Below are positions 10,285-20,181 of a stretch of 64,000 bases of DNA, piece after piece. Position 1 is the stretch's first letter. Every line of letters begins with the position of its first letter. Location: assembly GCA_050015075.1 (NCBI GenBank), contig JBEKCB010000009.1, positions 81,878-145,877 on the forward strand. The letters run 5' to 3'. The translations under genes were made by a program, and so were the position numbers. Origin of the DNA: Candidatus Brocadiia bacterium. Lineage in GTDB: Bacteria; Planctomycetota; Brocadiia; CAIUPP01. Under the pieces are notes generated by a model, which did not search any database, was not told the DNA's origin, and worked only from the letters and a program-made list of their open reading frames with translations.

Positions 10285-11145
10285 ATGGCCGCTAAAACTC
10301 GCGCGAATGACGGCTCCAGCCAGCAGGCGCTGGTGAACACGGGAATCTACATCCTCATCGCCGGCGCGCTGGCCGCCGGCTGTGTGGTGGGTGTGCAGCA
10401 GCTCTGGCGCGCGGTCTCCGACCGGCCGGAATTCATCGTACGGCCCGGCGATCTTGCGCTCACGAGCAAATGGGCGCGCATCCCGGAGATGAAGCGCGAT
10501 TTCCTCGCCACCGACCGCACCGGCATTCTGCGGCGCCCCGGCGTCAGCATCTTCACCGCCAGGCTGTGCGAGGACGTCGCCCAGGCGTATGCCGCCAGTC
10601 CGTGGGTGCGGCGCGTGCTGCTCGTGGCGAAGGAATTCCCGAACCGGCTCGATGTCCAGCTCGAACTGCGCGAGCCCTACGCGCTCGTGCAGACCGGCAG
10701 CAAGTGCATCTGCGTGGACGAAGAGGGCGCGCCGCTCAGTCCGCAATTCTACGACATGTCCCCGCAACGCCTCGCCTCGCTCATCCCGGTCATCACCCTC
10801 AACGGCGACTGCCCGGTGCCGAACGCCGGCCAGCCGTGGAAGCAGCCGGAAGTCCAGGAAGGACTCGCGATGGTCCGCCTCTACCGCAAGGACCTCGCCC
10901 GAAACGTCTCTGTTCACGAAATCCAGGTCCAGCGCACCGACAACGCCGCCGTGATGGCCACGCTCGTCCTCGACACCGGCCCGCGCGTGCAGTGGGGCCA
11001 GACGCCGGCCGGCCCGCGCTCGCTGGCCGAAATCTCCACCGCCCAGAAGACCACCGCCCTGCTGGCGATCACCCGGAAGGAAGGCACGCAGATCGGACGG
11101 CTCAAGACCATTGACGTCCGCTGGCCGAACCCGCTGTGCGAATGA
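10285..11145 (+). CDS. ftsQ: FtsQ/DivIB-like cell division protein (divergent)
   Basis: Single N-terminal TM, POTRA-end motif PWVRRV...KEFPNRLDVQLELREP, C-terminal IDVRW; position after ddl. Confidence 0.75.
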   Translation: MAAKTRANDGSSQQALVNTGIYILIAGALAAGCVVGVQQLWRAVSDRPEFIVRPGDLALTSKWARIPEMKRDFLATDRTGILRRPGVSIFTARLCEDVAQAYAASPWVRRVLLVAKEFPNRLDVQLELREPYALVQTGSKCICVDEEGAPLSPQFYDMSPQRLASLIPVITLNGDCPVPNAGQPWKQPEVQEGLAMVRLYRKDLARNVSVHEIQVQRTDNAAVMATLVLDTGPRVQWGQTPAGPRSLAEISTAQKTTALLAITRKEGTQIGRLKTIDVRWPNPLCE

Positions 11146-11171
11146 GCACGTCGGATTCGGCGTTTTTGCTC

Positions 11172-11642
11172 TTAGCTTTTTCGTTTGCGCTGTGAGGCCC
11201 GCCGGAGGGTGCGCAAATCGGCTTTGTCCTGGGGTCGGCCTGCGGCCTGTTTGGAAGCGATCAGGTCAGCAAGGGACAAATAGTGCGCGTCTACCCCGCC
11301 GAATACGTCGTCCACTCGTCTCCGCCACGCCGCGCCGAACTCCGCGATGCCGGCCGGCCCGGCGATCAGGTCTATTCGGACGGGAGCGACGCCTAACTGG
11401 ACCACGATGTTCGGGTTGACGAGATCTTCCACCGTAAACCCCAGGTCGGCGCCGCTGAAGAAATCGCGGATGGCCGCCAGGACCTTTCGGGCGTTCGCCG
11501 GAGAAGGATCATAGAAGATGTCAAAGTCCTTCGTGGCCCTTGGCCGCGCGTGGTATCCCAGCGCGTGCGCGCCCGCGATGAGATACCGTGCGCCCCTTGC
11601 GTTCAAAGACGCGACAAACTCTTCGTAGTCTCTGTGGGCCAT
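11172..11642 (-). CDS. Nucleotidyltransferase family protein (AbiEii/DUF6036-like)
   Basis: YLIAGAHAL...PRATKDFDI (RxTxDxD), C-terminal LIASK...GRPQDKAD. Confidence 0.8.
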   Translation of the reverse strand: MAHRDYEEFVASLNARGARYLIAGAHALGYHARPRATKDFDIFYDPSPANARKVLAAIRDFFSGADLGFTVEDLVNPNIVVQLGVAPVRIDLIAGPAGIAEFGAAWRRRVDDVFGGVDAHYLSLADLIASKQAAGRPQDKADLRTLRRASQRKRKS

Positions 11643-11820
11643 TGATGCCTCGGGTCTTCAGGACGCTTCGCGTGCACTCGTCCACCGTGTTCACGCGCTG
11701 CGCGGGAGTCAGGTTCTCATACCAAAAGCGGAAGTCCTGATCTTCGGCTTCGTCCCAGCGGAGCACAACCCCTTGCCAGATGCGACCATGCCTGTCCTTC
11801 GCCCGTCCGCGAATCTGCAT
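11521..11820 (-). CDS. Small protein upstream of the nucleotidyltransferase (putative partner/antitoxin)
   Basis: RBS-like GAGGAGAGG before ATG; DFRFW...TPAQRV...RLRRV; overlaps the NTase 5' end. Confidence 0.6.
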   Translation of the reverse strand: MQIRGRAKDRHGRIWQGVVLRWDEAEDQDFRFWYENLTPAQRVNTVDECTRSVLKTRGINGPQRLRRVCRVFERKGRTVSHRGRARAGIPRAAKGHEGL

Positions 11821-11844
11821 GACCTCTCCTCACCGAACGCTTGC

Positions 11845-11873
11845 ATGCTATCTTCGCGAAGGGCCGCCGTCAA
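11845..11873 (-). promoter_or_regulatory. Sigma70-like promoter for the small protein/NTase pair
   Basis: TTGACG-N17-TAGCAT on the minus strand. Confidence 0.5.
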
Positions 11874-11898
11874 GGAGCCGGCCGCCTTCCGCTGAGCG

Positions 11899-11927
11899 TT
11901 GGCAACGCGCATGAGACAAGCTATAAT
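11899..11927 (+). promoter_or_regulatory. Sigma70-like promoter for the Cys-rich small gene
   Basis: TTGGCA-N17-TATAAT. Confidence 0.6.
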
Positions 11928-11952
11928 CGAAGATGAAGTGAAAGGGCGCGCG

Positions 11953-12120
11953 ATGCCTTACAAACCGGTTCCCGGCGGGCTCGGGCGGATTTACGTCCCA
12001 GAGCCTGATGCTGGGACGCTGAAGAAGCACAACTGCAAGGACTGCTTTTTCTGCCAGTGGTGCGCTGTAGAGCGCTGTCGCCTCTGCAGAAAAAAGAGTT
12101 GTCACCGGCTCAGGAAATAA
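11953..12120 (+). CDS. 55-aa Cys-rich protein (putative metal or Fe-S binding)
   Basis: CKDCFFCQWCAVERCRLCRKKSC; ATG 11953 follows the promoter. Confidence 0.65.
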   Translation: MPYKPVPGGLGRIYVPEPDAGTLKKHNCKDCFFCQWCAVERCRLCRKKSCHRLRK

Positions 12121-12122
12121 AT

Positions 12123-12521
12123 GTGAATCCACGATTTCGTGCGCCTTCTGCGAAAACTCTGCTGCGTCAAACCCTGCGCGCGGCACTCATCGGCCTCATC
12201 ATCGGCGCCGCGTTCGGGATCCTGACTGCGCTGGGGAGCTGGTTGTCCCACCAGAGCGATAGTCCGCCAACGCTCCCTGGGCTGAACTACATCATCCGGG
12301 GGCTGGACGTCAGCGCTTTTCCGGGAATGACGATCGCAACCGCGATTGATCGGCGGGGAGTGGAACCAGACTACGTTTTTTCGCCGGGAGAGGTCACCAG
12401 TCCCATCCTGGTCCTGGCGCTCTGCAACGCCCTTTTCTGGGCCGCGCTTTGGGCGTTGCTTTTGGCCTGGCCCGGCCCCGTCTTCGCGCTCTGGCTCACG
12501 CTGTCCGGCTCGTGGGGTTAG
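12123..12521 (+). CDS. Hypothetical membrane protein
   Basis: GTG start just after the previous stop; two hydrophobic segments. Confidence 0.55.
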   Translation: MNPRFRAPSAKTLLRQTLRAALIGLIIGAAFGILTALGSWLSHQSDSPPTLPGLNYIIRGLDVSAFPGMTIATAIDRRGVEPDYVFSPGEVTSPILVLALCNALFWAALWALLLAWPGPVFALWLTLSGSWG

Positions 12522-12665
12522 CTCGTCGCCGCCCTGAATACTTGGTGCTGCCGGTTTAAGCTCGCATTCCTGCCTGCCCGCGCCATGCCTTGAACGCCCG
12601 GATTGTTTCTTGTAACATGGCGGTTGCCCTTGCAAAGCGGCGCAGTGCGGTGGATGGAGGCATTT

Positions 12666-15251
12666 ATGGCTTTTCGACCCGACCGTTTGACGACCAAATC
12701 CCAGGAGGCGCTGCAGGCGGCGCAGGATATCGCGCGCGAGCGCGGGCAGCAGGAGCTGACGCCGGAACATCTGCTGCTGGCGCTGGTGCGTCAGAAAGAC
12801 GGCGTGGTGCCGCCCATTCTCCAGCGCGCCGGCGCTTCTGCGGACCAGCTCGAACGCCGGCTCGATGACGCGCTCGATGCGATCCCGAAGGTCTCCGGCG
12901 GCGACATCTACGCCTCGCCGCGGTTGAGCAAGCTGCTCGAGGCGGCCTGGAAGGAGGCGCAGGCGCTCAAGGACGAGTACGTCAGCGCCGAGCACCTGCT
13001 GCTCGCGGTGGCCGAGGGCGATGGCGCGGCAAAGACGATCCTGAAAGAGGCCGGCCTCACCCGCGCGAATATCCTGACGATCCTCAAGACCGTCCGCGGG
13101 ACGCAGCGCGTGACCGACCAGGAGCCGGAAGGCAAGTACCAGGCGCTTGAGCGTTACTGCCGCGATTTGACCGCCGCCGCGCGCGCCGGCAAGCTCGATC
13201 CGGTGATCGGCCGCGACGAGGAAATCCGCCGCGTGATGCAGGTGCTCAGCCGCCGCACGAAGAACAACCCCGTGCTGATCGGCGATCCCGGCGTCGGCAA
13301 GACCGCCATCGTCGAAGGGCTGGCGCGGCGCATCGTCGAGGGCGACGTGCCCGAAGGGTTGAAGAACCGGCGAGTGCTCGCGCTCGACCTGGGCGCGCTG
13401 ATCGCGGGCACCAAGTTCCGCGGCGAGTTCGAGGACCGCCTGAAAGCCGTCCTCAAGGCGATCACCGAGGCGGAAGGCTCGGTGATCCTGTTCATTGACG
13501 AGCTGCACATGGTCGTCGGCGCGGGCGCAGCCGAAGGCGCCGCCGACGCGGCGAACCTGCTCAAGCCGGCCCTGGCGCGCGGCGAGCTGCGCTGCGTCGG
13601 CGCGACGACGCTCGACGAATACCGCAAGCACATCGAAAAGGACGCCGCGCTCGAACGGCGCTTCCAGCCGGTCCTCGTCGGCGAGCCTTCCATCCCCGAC
13701 ACGATCGCCATCCTGCGCGGCCTCAAGGAGCGCTACGAGGTCCACCACGGAGTCCGCATCCAGGATTCCGCTCTCGTCGCGGCGGCCACGCTTTCCGAGC
13801 GCTACATCACCGACCGGTTCCTGCCCGACAAGGCGATTGACCTGGTGGACGAGGCGGCCTCGCGCCTGCGGATGGAGATGGACAGCCTGCCGGTGGAGCT
13901 TGACCAGACCGAGCGCCGGCGCATGCAACTGGAGATCGAGCGCCAGGCGCTCACGCGCGAGAAGGACCCCGCCTCGCGCGAGCGCCGCGCGAAGGTCGAG
14001 CAGGAACTCGCCGAGCTGAAGGAGAAATCCACCCTGCTCCGCGCGCATTGGGAGAATGAAAAGGCCGCGATCAAAAAGATCCGCCAGGCCAAGGAGAAGC
14101 TCGAATCCACGCGCACCGAGGCCGAGCGCGAACAGCGCCACGGCAACCTCCAGCGCGTCAGCGAGCTGCGCTACAGCGTGATCCCCGCGCTCGAAAAGTC
14201 CATCGAGGAGGAGAACCGCCGCCTGCTCGAACTCCAGAAAGACCGCAAGATGCTCAAGGAGGAAGTGGACGAGGAGGACATCGCGCAGGTGGTGAGCAGC
14301 TGGACGCACATCCCCGTCAGCCGGATGCTCGAGAGCGAAAAGGACCGGCTGCTGAAAATGGAGGCGCGCCTCTCCGAGCGCGTGGTCGGCCAGGAAGAGG
14401 CGATCGCCGCGGTGAGCAACGCCATCCGCCGCGCGCGCGCCGGCCTGCAGGACCCGGGCCGGCCGATCGGCTCGTTCATGTTCCTCGGCCCCACCGGCGT
14501 CGGCAAGACCGAGCTGGCCCGCGCGCTGGCCGAGTTCCTCTTCGACACCGAGCAGGCGATGGTCCGCATTGACATGTCCGAGTACATGGAGAAGCACACC
14601 GTCTCGCGGCTGATCGGCGCGCCGCCGGGCTACGTCGGCTACGACGAGGGCGGCCAGCTCACCGAGGCGGTCCGCCGGCGCCCGTATTCGGTGATCCTCT
14701 TCGACGAGATCGAGAAGGCGCACAACGACGTCTTCAACGTGCTCCTTCAAGTGCTCGACGAGGGCCGCCTGACCGACGGCCACGGGCGCACGGTGGATTT
14801 CAAGAACACACTGATCATCATGACCAGCAACATCGGCAGCCACCAGATCCAGGAGGCGGGCGGGCGCGTGACCGAGGCCCTCGAGGAATCGGTCCGCCAG
14901 ATGGTCCGCGCGCAGTTCCGCCCGGAGTTCCTCAACCGCGTGGACGACATCATCATCTTCCACGCGCTCACGCTCGAGCAGATTGAGCGGATCGTGGACA
15001 TTCAACTCAAGTCGCTGCGGCGGCTGCTCGCCGACCGCAACCTCGAGATCGAGCTGACCGCCGAGGCGAAGAAACGCATCGCCAAGGAAGGCTTCGACCC
15101 GGTCTTCGGCGCGCGCCCGCTCAAGCGCGTGATCCAGCAGAGCATCCAGAACGAACTGGCGATGCGCCTGCTCCGCGGCGATATCCGCAACGGCGACAAG
15201 ATCCGCGTGGACTGGAAAAAAGGCGAGTTCGTGTTCGAGAAAAACAATTGA
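12666..15251 (+). CDS. clpB: ATP-dependent disaggregase ClpB
   Basis: GDPGVGKT and GPTGVGKT Walker A motifs, middle coiled-coil domain, [17 protein letters not shown]; RBS GGAGG. Confidence 0.98.
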   Translation: MAFRPDRLTTKSQEALQAAQDIARERGQQELTPEHLLLALVRQKDGVVPPILQRAGASADQLERRLDDALDAIPKVSGGDIYASPRLSKLLEAAWKEAQALKDEYVSAEHLLLAVAEGDGAAKTILKEAGLTRANILTILKTVRGTQRVTDQEPEGKYQALERYCRDLTAAARAGKLDPVIGRDEEIRRVMQVLSRRTKNNPVLIGDPGVGKTAIVEGLARRIVEGDVPEGLKNRRVLALDLGALIAGTKFRGEFEDRLKAVLKAITEAEGSVILFIDELHMVVGAGAAEGAADAANLLKPALARGELRCVGATTLDEYRKHIEKDAALERRFQPVLVGEPSIPDTIAILRGLKERYEVHHGVRIQDSALVAAATLSERYITDRFLPDKAIDLVDEAASRLRMEMDSLPVELDQTERRRMQLEIERQALTREKDPASRERRAKVEQELAELKEKSTLLRAHWENEKAAIKKIRQAKEKLESTRTEAEREQRHGNLQRVSELRYSVIPALEKSIEEENRRLLELQKDRKMLKEEVDEEDIAQVVSSWTHIPVSRMLESEKDRLLKMEARLSERVVGQEEAIAAVSNAIRRARAGLQDPGRPIGSFMFLGPTGVGKTELARALAEFLFDTEQAMVRIDMSEYMEKHTVSRLIGAPPGYVGYDEGGQLTEAVRRRPYSVILFDEIEKAHNDVFNVLLQVLDEGRLTDGHGRTVDFKNTLIIMTSNIGSHQIQEAGGRVTEALEESVRQMVRAQFRPEFLNRVDDIIIFHALTLEQIERIVDIQLKSLRRLLADRNLEIELTAEAKKRIAKEGFDPVFGARPLKRVIQQSIQNELAMRLLRGDIRNGDKIRVDWKKGEFVFEKNN

Positions 15252-15355
15252 GCCTTTTGTTCCTTGATACTGATCCTGCTATCCTCTAGCGGTCGAACTC
15301 GTCCTCGATGGCCTGGCGCTTGGATGGTATGAAGGACTGTTGCTAGGAGGCGCGC

Positions 15356-16438
15356 GTGGCGGGAATGACTGACGGCGAGACGGTCGGCGCGGCGGCGGAA
15401 GGGCTGAGCCCGGAGAACATCCTGGATTTCAGCGCGAACGTCACCCCCGCGCCGCTGCCCGAGGCGCTGCGGCAGGCGCTCCAGGACTCGATACAGTGCC
15501 TTTCGCACCCGCCGGACCCGGAGGCGCGGAAGCTGCGTCAGCGCGCGGCGGAGGTCTACGGAGTCTCGCCCGACGAAGTGCGCGTCGGAAACGGCGTCAG
15601 CGAATTCCTCTACGCGATCCCGCGCGGGCTGCGGCCCCGGCGCGTGGTGATGCCCGCGCCCTGCTCCACCGATTACTGGCGCGCGAGCGATTACGCCGGC
15701 GCGGAATCCGAAGGCGTGCTCTCCTCGGAGGCGAAGGAGTTCGCGCTCGACCCGGCGCAGGTCGAGATGCGCCTCAGCGGCACGGACATGGTGTTCCTCG
15801 GCAACCCGAGCGATCCGACCGGCGTCGCGGCGCCGGCGGACGCGATCCGCGCGCTGGCGAAGAAATTCTCCGGCGTCGCCTTCGTGGTGGATGAATCGTT
15901 CGTGGAGTTCGTCCCGGAAGCGCTCGGCGCGTCGCTGCTGGGCGCGCCCCTGCCGGCGAACGTGATCGTGCTCCGCTCGCCCACGGCGATCTACGGGTTG
16001 GCCGGCCTGCCGCTGGCCTTCCTGTTCGCGGGGCGGACGCTGATCGAGCAGATTCAGGCCGCGCGCGAGCCGAACGCGGTCGGCGCTACGACGCTCCGCG
16101 CCGGTGAAGCCCTGCTGGCCGGCCCGCCGGAGGCGCCCGCGCTGCGACAGCCGGTGATCGCCGAGCGCGAGCGCGTCCGCGAGGAACTCTCGCGCATGGC
16201 GGGCATCCGCGTCTTCCGCTCGCAGGCGAACTTCCTGCTGCTGAAGACCACGCGGCCGGGCCTGAACGCCATGCAGCTCTGCGAGCGCCTGCTCGAACAG
16301 AACGTACTCATCCGCAACGTCGCAGGTTACCGCGGCCTCGACGGACGCTTTGCGCGGGTCTCCGTCCGTACGGCCGCCGACAACGATCGTCTGCTGGCGG
16401 CGTTCGGCGGCGCGCTCGACGAGTCGAAATGGAAATGA
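15356..16438 (+). CDS. CobD/HisC-like class I/II PLP-fold protein lacking the Schiff-base lysine
   Basis: DFSAN, GNG, NPSDPTG, DESF, SQANFLL, RVSVR; LRSPTAIYGLAGLP in place of the LRSxTKxxGLAGLR motif. Confidence 0.8.
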   Translation: MAGMTDGETVGAAAEGLSPENILDFSANVTPAPLPEALRQALQDSIQCLSHPPDPEARKLRQRAAEVYGVSPDEVRVGNGVSEFLYAIPRGLRPRRVVMPAPCSTDYWRASDYAGAESEGVLSSEAKEFALDPAQVEMRLSGTDMVFLGNPSDPTGVAAPADAIRALAKKFSGVAFVVDESFVEFVPEALGASLLGAPLPANVIVLRSPTAIYGLAGLPLAFLFAGRTLIEQIQAAREPNAVGATTLRAGEALLAGPPEAPALRQPVIAERERVREELSRMAGIRVFRSQANFLLLKTTRPGLNAMQLCERLLEQNVLIRNVAGYRGLDGRFARVSVRTAADNDRLLAAFGGALDESKWK

Positions 16439-16518
16439 AGCGGAACGCGGAAAGCGAAAAACGCAAGGCCGGAAATTCCGGGTGGTAGCTGATTACCCTT
16501 CCACTTTTCACCCCATCG

Positions 16519-16887
16519 TCATTTCGCCGACCGAGCTTCCATCACGAGGACCGAATCATTCGCGCCCGGCGCCACGCTGCCGTAAACGAAATCCACGTTG
16601 ACCTTCCGCTGCGCCAGGCGCTCCATCATCTCGGCCAGCGCGCCCACCTTGTTCGGCAGCTCGATCAGCCGCACCGGCGTCTCGACCACCTCGAGCTTCA
16701 GGTCCTCGAGCACCTTCACGCCCGACCGGGCGTCGTCCACGATCATGCGCACCAGGCACGTTTCCGTGGCGTCCACCACCGAGATCGCCATAATATTCAC
16801 GTCGCCGTCGGCGAGCGCGCGGCAGACCTTCGCCAGCGCACCCGGCTTGTTCGGCAGCGAAACCGTCAGTTGTTTCGTCCGTTCCAT
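16519..16887 (-). CDS. Tandem ACT-domain protein
   Basis: QLTVSLPNKPGALAKV and ELPNKVGALAE...VNVDFVY; ATG at 16887 with GGAGG RBS. Confidence 0.88.
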   Translation of the reverse strand: MERTKQLTVSLPNKPGALAKVCRALADGDVNIMAISVVDATETCLVRMIVDDARSGVKVLEDLKLEVVETPVRLIELPNKVGALAEMMERLAQRKVNVDFVYGSVAPGANDSVLVMEARSAK

Positions 16888-17071
16888 CGCATTTCCTCCG
16901 TTCTCAGCCCGGCATGGAATCCTTGAGCGGCCACAAAACCTTGCTATGAGGAAGTCTAACCCGGCGCAGCGCCGAATGCAAAGCGCAAAATGCAGAATGT
17001 GAACCGGGGCGAGCCGCCGCGCAGCCGGACGGCGGTCCATTTGCCCTTTTTCAGTTTGCACGGTTTTTCTC

Positions 17072-17101
17072 TTGACGGGCGCCGTTTGGCGATGCTAGAA
17101 T
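17072..17101 (+). promoter_or_regulatory. Sigma70-like promoter with extended -10
   Basis: TTGACG-N18-TAGAAT with TGn just upstream of the -10. Confidence 0.6.
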
Positions 17102-17188
17102 CTGACGCGGTGCATGGCTCGCCGCGTGGCGGGCAATGGCATCGGATGGATCGGCGTCCTATTTCGTTCTGTCGAAGGGGAAAGCACG

Positions 17189-17923
17189 ATGAGAGCTCTC
17201 CGGCTGGCCGGCGTGATGGCAGTATGCGTCATGGTCTTTTCCGGATGCGAGATGAGCCGCCCCTACAAGGGCTACAGCGACGAAGTGGATAGCTGGTCCT
17301 ACCCCAAGCGCTTCGGGGTTACGTGGGAGGACTGGGGGCTGTCGCTGCTGGATATCGTCAGCCTGGAAATCGGCGCGCAGGAGTCCATCGGCATCGTCAT
17401 CCAGCCGACGAAGATCCTCCAGACCGGGTTCCTGTTCAACGACGTGATGAAGCTCGGCTGGCGCAACCGCGGCTTCGGGTTCTACCATGAAGTCCAGAGC
17501 GAAGGCGGCCTCGGCTGGGCGTACTACCGCAGCCGCCGGTTCGAGCCGATCCTCGGCACCGCCACGCTCTTCGACCCGTACCGCCGCGCGCCGCTCTTCG
17601 CCGGATTCCCCATCCGCGATAATATCCAGGAAGGCCACTGGGCGGACGTCGGCGGCGAGGTCGGCCTCGTCTTCCTTGACGTCAGCGCCCACGTCAGCCC
17701 GAAACATGCGATCGGCTTCTGCGTCAACACCCTGATGCTGCCGATGAACCTCTTCCTGCGCTATCCGCTCAATTGGATCGGCGTGCGTTTCCCCGAACTG
17801 GATTTCTGCGATGAAAACACCACCTCGCAGATTAAGCAGAAATACAACCTGACATTGATCCCGTATCCCAGAACGTTCGCTCCGACCGAAGTGCTGAACG
17901 AGCTCTGGGAAGTGCCGTACTAA
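17189..17923 (+). CDS. Hypothetical lipoprotein
   Basis: Signal peptide with lipobox-like VFSG-C; GC3-rich codon usage. Confidence 0.7.
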   Translation: MRALRLAGVMAVCVMVFSGCEMSRPYKGYSDEVDSWSYPKRFGVTWEDWGLSLLDIVSLEIGAQESIGIVIQPTKILQTGFLFNDVMKLGWRNRGFGFYHEVQSEGGLGWAYYRSRRFEPILGTATLFDPYRRAPLFAGFPIRDNIQEGHWADVGGEVGLVFLDVSAHVSPKHAIGFCVNTLMLPMNLFLRYPLNWIGVRFPELDFCDENTTSQIKQKYNLTLIPYPRTFAPTEVLNELWEVPY

Positions 17924-18040
17924 ACGGACCGCGGCGACGATGGACCGTGCATGACCGGGCAGGCGCACGAGTCCATCGTCTCTCGTCCATCGGCAGCGTC
18001 CGTCGTCATCACACAAGATCAGAATCGAGGTGAGAACTTT

Positions 18041-18268
18041 TTGGCTAAGATCGTCGTCCGCGAAGGTGACTCCATCGAGCGCGCGCTCAAGCAGTTCAAG
18101 CGCATCTGCGAGAAGGAGGGCCTTCGGCGAGAGATTAAGCGCGCTTCTTATTACGAGAAGCCCAGCGAGCAAAAACGACGCCGCAAGCTCCAGCAGGTCC
18201 GGGAGCGCCGCAAGACCGTGACCAAGGCCCTGAAGCTGAAGGTCAAGAGCAAGCTCCGCGCAAGATAG
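18041..18268 (+). CDS. rpsU: 30S ribosomal protein S21
   Basis: VREGDSIERALKQFKR...YYEKPS; TTG start after GAGGTG RBS. Confidence 0.95.
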   Translation: MAKIVVREGDSIERALKQFKRICEKEGLRREIKRASYYEKPSEQKRRRKLQQVRERRKTVTKALKLKVKSKLRAR

Positions 18269-18291
18269 CCTCGGTTCTCACTCGCCGTTCA

Positions 18292-18330
18292 TCGGGCGCC
18301 TTTCCACTCGGGAAGGCGCCCGAATTATTA
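18292..18330 (+). terminator. Intrinsic terminator after rpsU
   Basis: TCGGGCGCCTTTCC-ACTC-GGGAAGGCGCCCGA hairpin followed by an AT-rich tail. Confidence 0.7.
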
Positions 18331-18446
18331 TGTGCCTGCGAGGGCCTGCCTGTCCCAGCCGAGTTTATTCTCCTTGCGCCTCGACCGGTGTAACCTCTCA
18401 CGGCCGCGCCAGCACTAGTGAAGTGAACGCTTCAGGGATGCTAAAT

Positions 18447-18476
18447 TTGCCCGCGCGTCGCGCGGCGGAGTATAAT
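18447..18476 (+). promoter_or_regulatory. Sigma70-like promoter of speD
   Basis: TTGCCC-N18-TATAAT, 24 bp before ATG 18501. Confidence 0.6.
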
Positions 18477-18500
18477 GCGCCCGTTTCAGGAAGACGGAGG

Positions 18501-18953
18501 ATGGATAAATTGAAAGCGACGCACGCTCATGTCTCAGCGCCACCTCGGGCGGAACCGGCGGCCTCCGCCGAGGTGTTCGATTTCGTCGGCCGGCACTTCC
18601 TGGCCTCGTATCTCGGCTGCGATCCGGACCGCCTGCGCGACTTGGCCGGGCTCAAGGCGGCTTTCGAGCGCGCCGTCGCCGCCAGCGGCGCCACGCTCAT
18701 GGGCAGCTCCGACCACGTTTATCCGCCGCACGGCTACACGCTCCTCTGCCTGCTTTCCGAAAGCCACGCCAGCATCCACACTTATCCGGAGCACAACGCG
18801 TGTTTCGTGGACCTCTTCACCTGCGGCCTGCGCTGCCGGCCGGAGCCCTTCGACGCCGTCCTGCGCGACTACCTGCGCCCGGCGCACAGCCACGTCCGCA
18901 GCTTGATCCGGCGCGAAGAGGCCCAGGACGAGGGGCGGGCCGCGCGCGGCTGA
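18501..18953 (+). CDS. speD: S-adenosylmethionine decarboxylase proenzyme
   Basis: LLSESHASIHTYPEH autocleavage motif, DLFTCG; RBS GGAGG. Confidence 0.92.
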   Translation: MDKLKATHAHVSAPPRAEPAASAEVFDFVGRHFLASYLGCDPDRLRDLAGLKAAFERAVAASGATLMGSSDHVYPPHGYTLLCLLSESHASIHTYPEHNACFVDLFTCGLRCRPEPFDAVLRDYLRPAHSHVRSLIRREEAQDEGRAARG

Positions 18954-19101
18954 CCCGGCGTGACCGTGAATCACCCGGGCGCCCAAGCGCCGAGAACAAC
19001 ACTATACGGAGTCAGCCCACCGAGGACACAAGCCTCTTTCCGCCGTTCCTGGAGTCTTGCGTCTGAAAAGTGAAAACTCCGCGCCAAGGGAAGGTTGACG
19101 C

Positions 19102-20181
19102 ATGCCCACGCAGCCCAACGCCTCGCGACCGCCTCTTCCGCGTCCGTATCCGCTCCCGGCGCTGCCGCCGGACCGGTTCTACGTCGAGCCCTACACGCCG
19201 CAGGAGGTCGGGTTCGGCCAGCTCGTCCTCGTCGAGGATTCCGACCCCTTCGACCGCTACACCTATCGCTGCAAGGCGATCCAGTACGCGGGCAAGACCG
19301 CCTTCCAGACGGTGCAGATCGGCGACACCTACAACTACGGCCGCGTGCTGATGCTCGACGGCGCCATCCAGAGTTCCGCCGACGACGAAGCGCTCTACCA
19401 CGAACTGCTCGTGCAGCCGGCGATGCTGCGCTCGCCCGAGCCGCGCGACGTGCTCATCATCGGCGGCGGCGAGGGCGCCTCGCTGCGCGAAGTCCTCGCC
19501 CACGGCGCCGTGCGCTCCGCAACGATGGTGGATATTGATCCGGAAGTCGTCGCGCTTTGCCGCGAGCACCTGCCCACCTGGCACCAAGGCGCGTTCCAGG
19601 ACCCGCGCACGCGGCTCGTCCACGCCGACGGCCGCGCTTTCGTCGAGGGCGAAAACCAGCGCTACGACGTGGTGATCGTGGACGTGGTGGACATGCTCGA
19701 AAACGGCCCGGCCGAGAAGCTCTACACGCGGCAGTTCTACGAACTCCTCCGCAAGCGCCTCAAGCCCGACGGCATCATCGCGGTGCAGGCGCTGGAGTTC
19801 TCCTTCGCCGACGACCGCCCGCACGCCGCGCTCGCGCGCACGCTGCGCACCGTCTTCCCCGAAGTCCACAGCTACCGCGCGCTCATCCCCTCGTTCCTCG
19901 GCTCATGGGGATTCCTCATCGCCAGCGACTGGCTCCGCCCCGCCGAGATGCGCAGCGAGGACCTCGACCGCGCCATCGAGAACCGCCTCGGCAGTATATG
20001 GATGGAGCACCTTACCGGCGATTACCTCAAGTCGTGCTTCATCATGGACAAGGAGACCCAGTTCCTCCTGTCGCTGTCCGGCCCGATCCTCGAAGACGGC
20101 ACGCCGTTCGTCCTGCCGCCGGAGATTCAGGACGTCGAGCCGCCCTTCGCGCAGTTCCCGGCGAAGAAGCCGGAGGAATGA
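19102..20181 (+). CDS. speE: Polyamine aminopropyltransferase (GGGEG type)
   Basis: LDGAIQS, YHELLVQP, IIGGGEG, VDID, YDVVIVD, LYTRQFY. Confidence 0.9.
   Translation: MPTQPNASRPPLPRPYPLPALPPDRFYVEPYTPQEVGFGQLVLVEDSDPFDRYTYRCKAIQYAGKTAFQTVQIGDTYNYGRVLMLDGAIQSSADDEALYHELLVQPAMLRSPEPRDVLIIGGGEGASLREVLAHGAVRSATMVDIDPEVVALCREHLPTWHQGAFQDPRTRLVHADGRAFVEGENQRYDVVIVDVVDMLENGPAEKLYTRQFYELLRKRLKPDGIIAVQALEFSFADDRPHAALARTLRTVFPEVHSYRALIPSFLGSWGFLIASDWLRPAEMRSEDLDRAIENRLGSIWMEHLTGDYLKSCFIMDKETQFLLSLSGPILEDGTPFVLPPEIQDVEPPFAQFPAKKPEE

Noticed and set aside
12540-12665. CIRCE or CtsR operator upstream of clpB
   Set aside because: No TTAGCACTC-N9-GAGTGCTAA or GTCAAA repeat is visible
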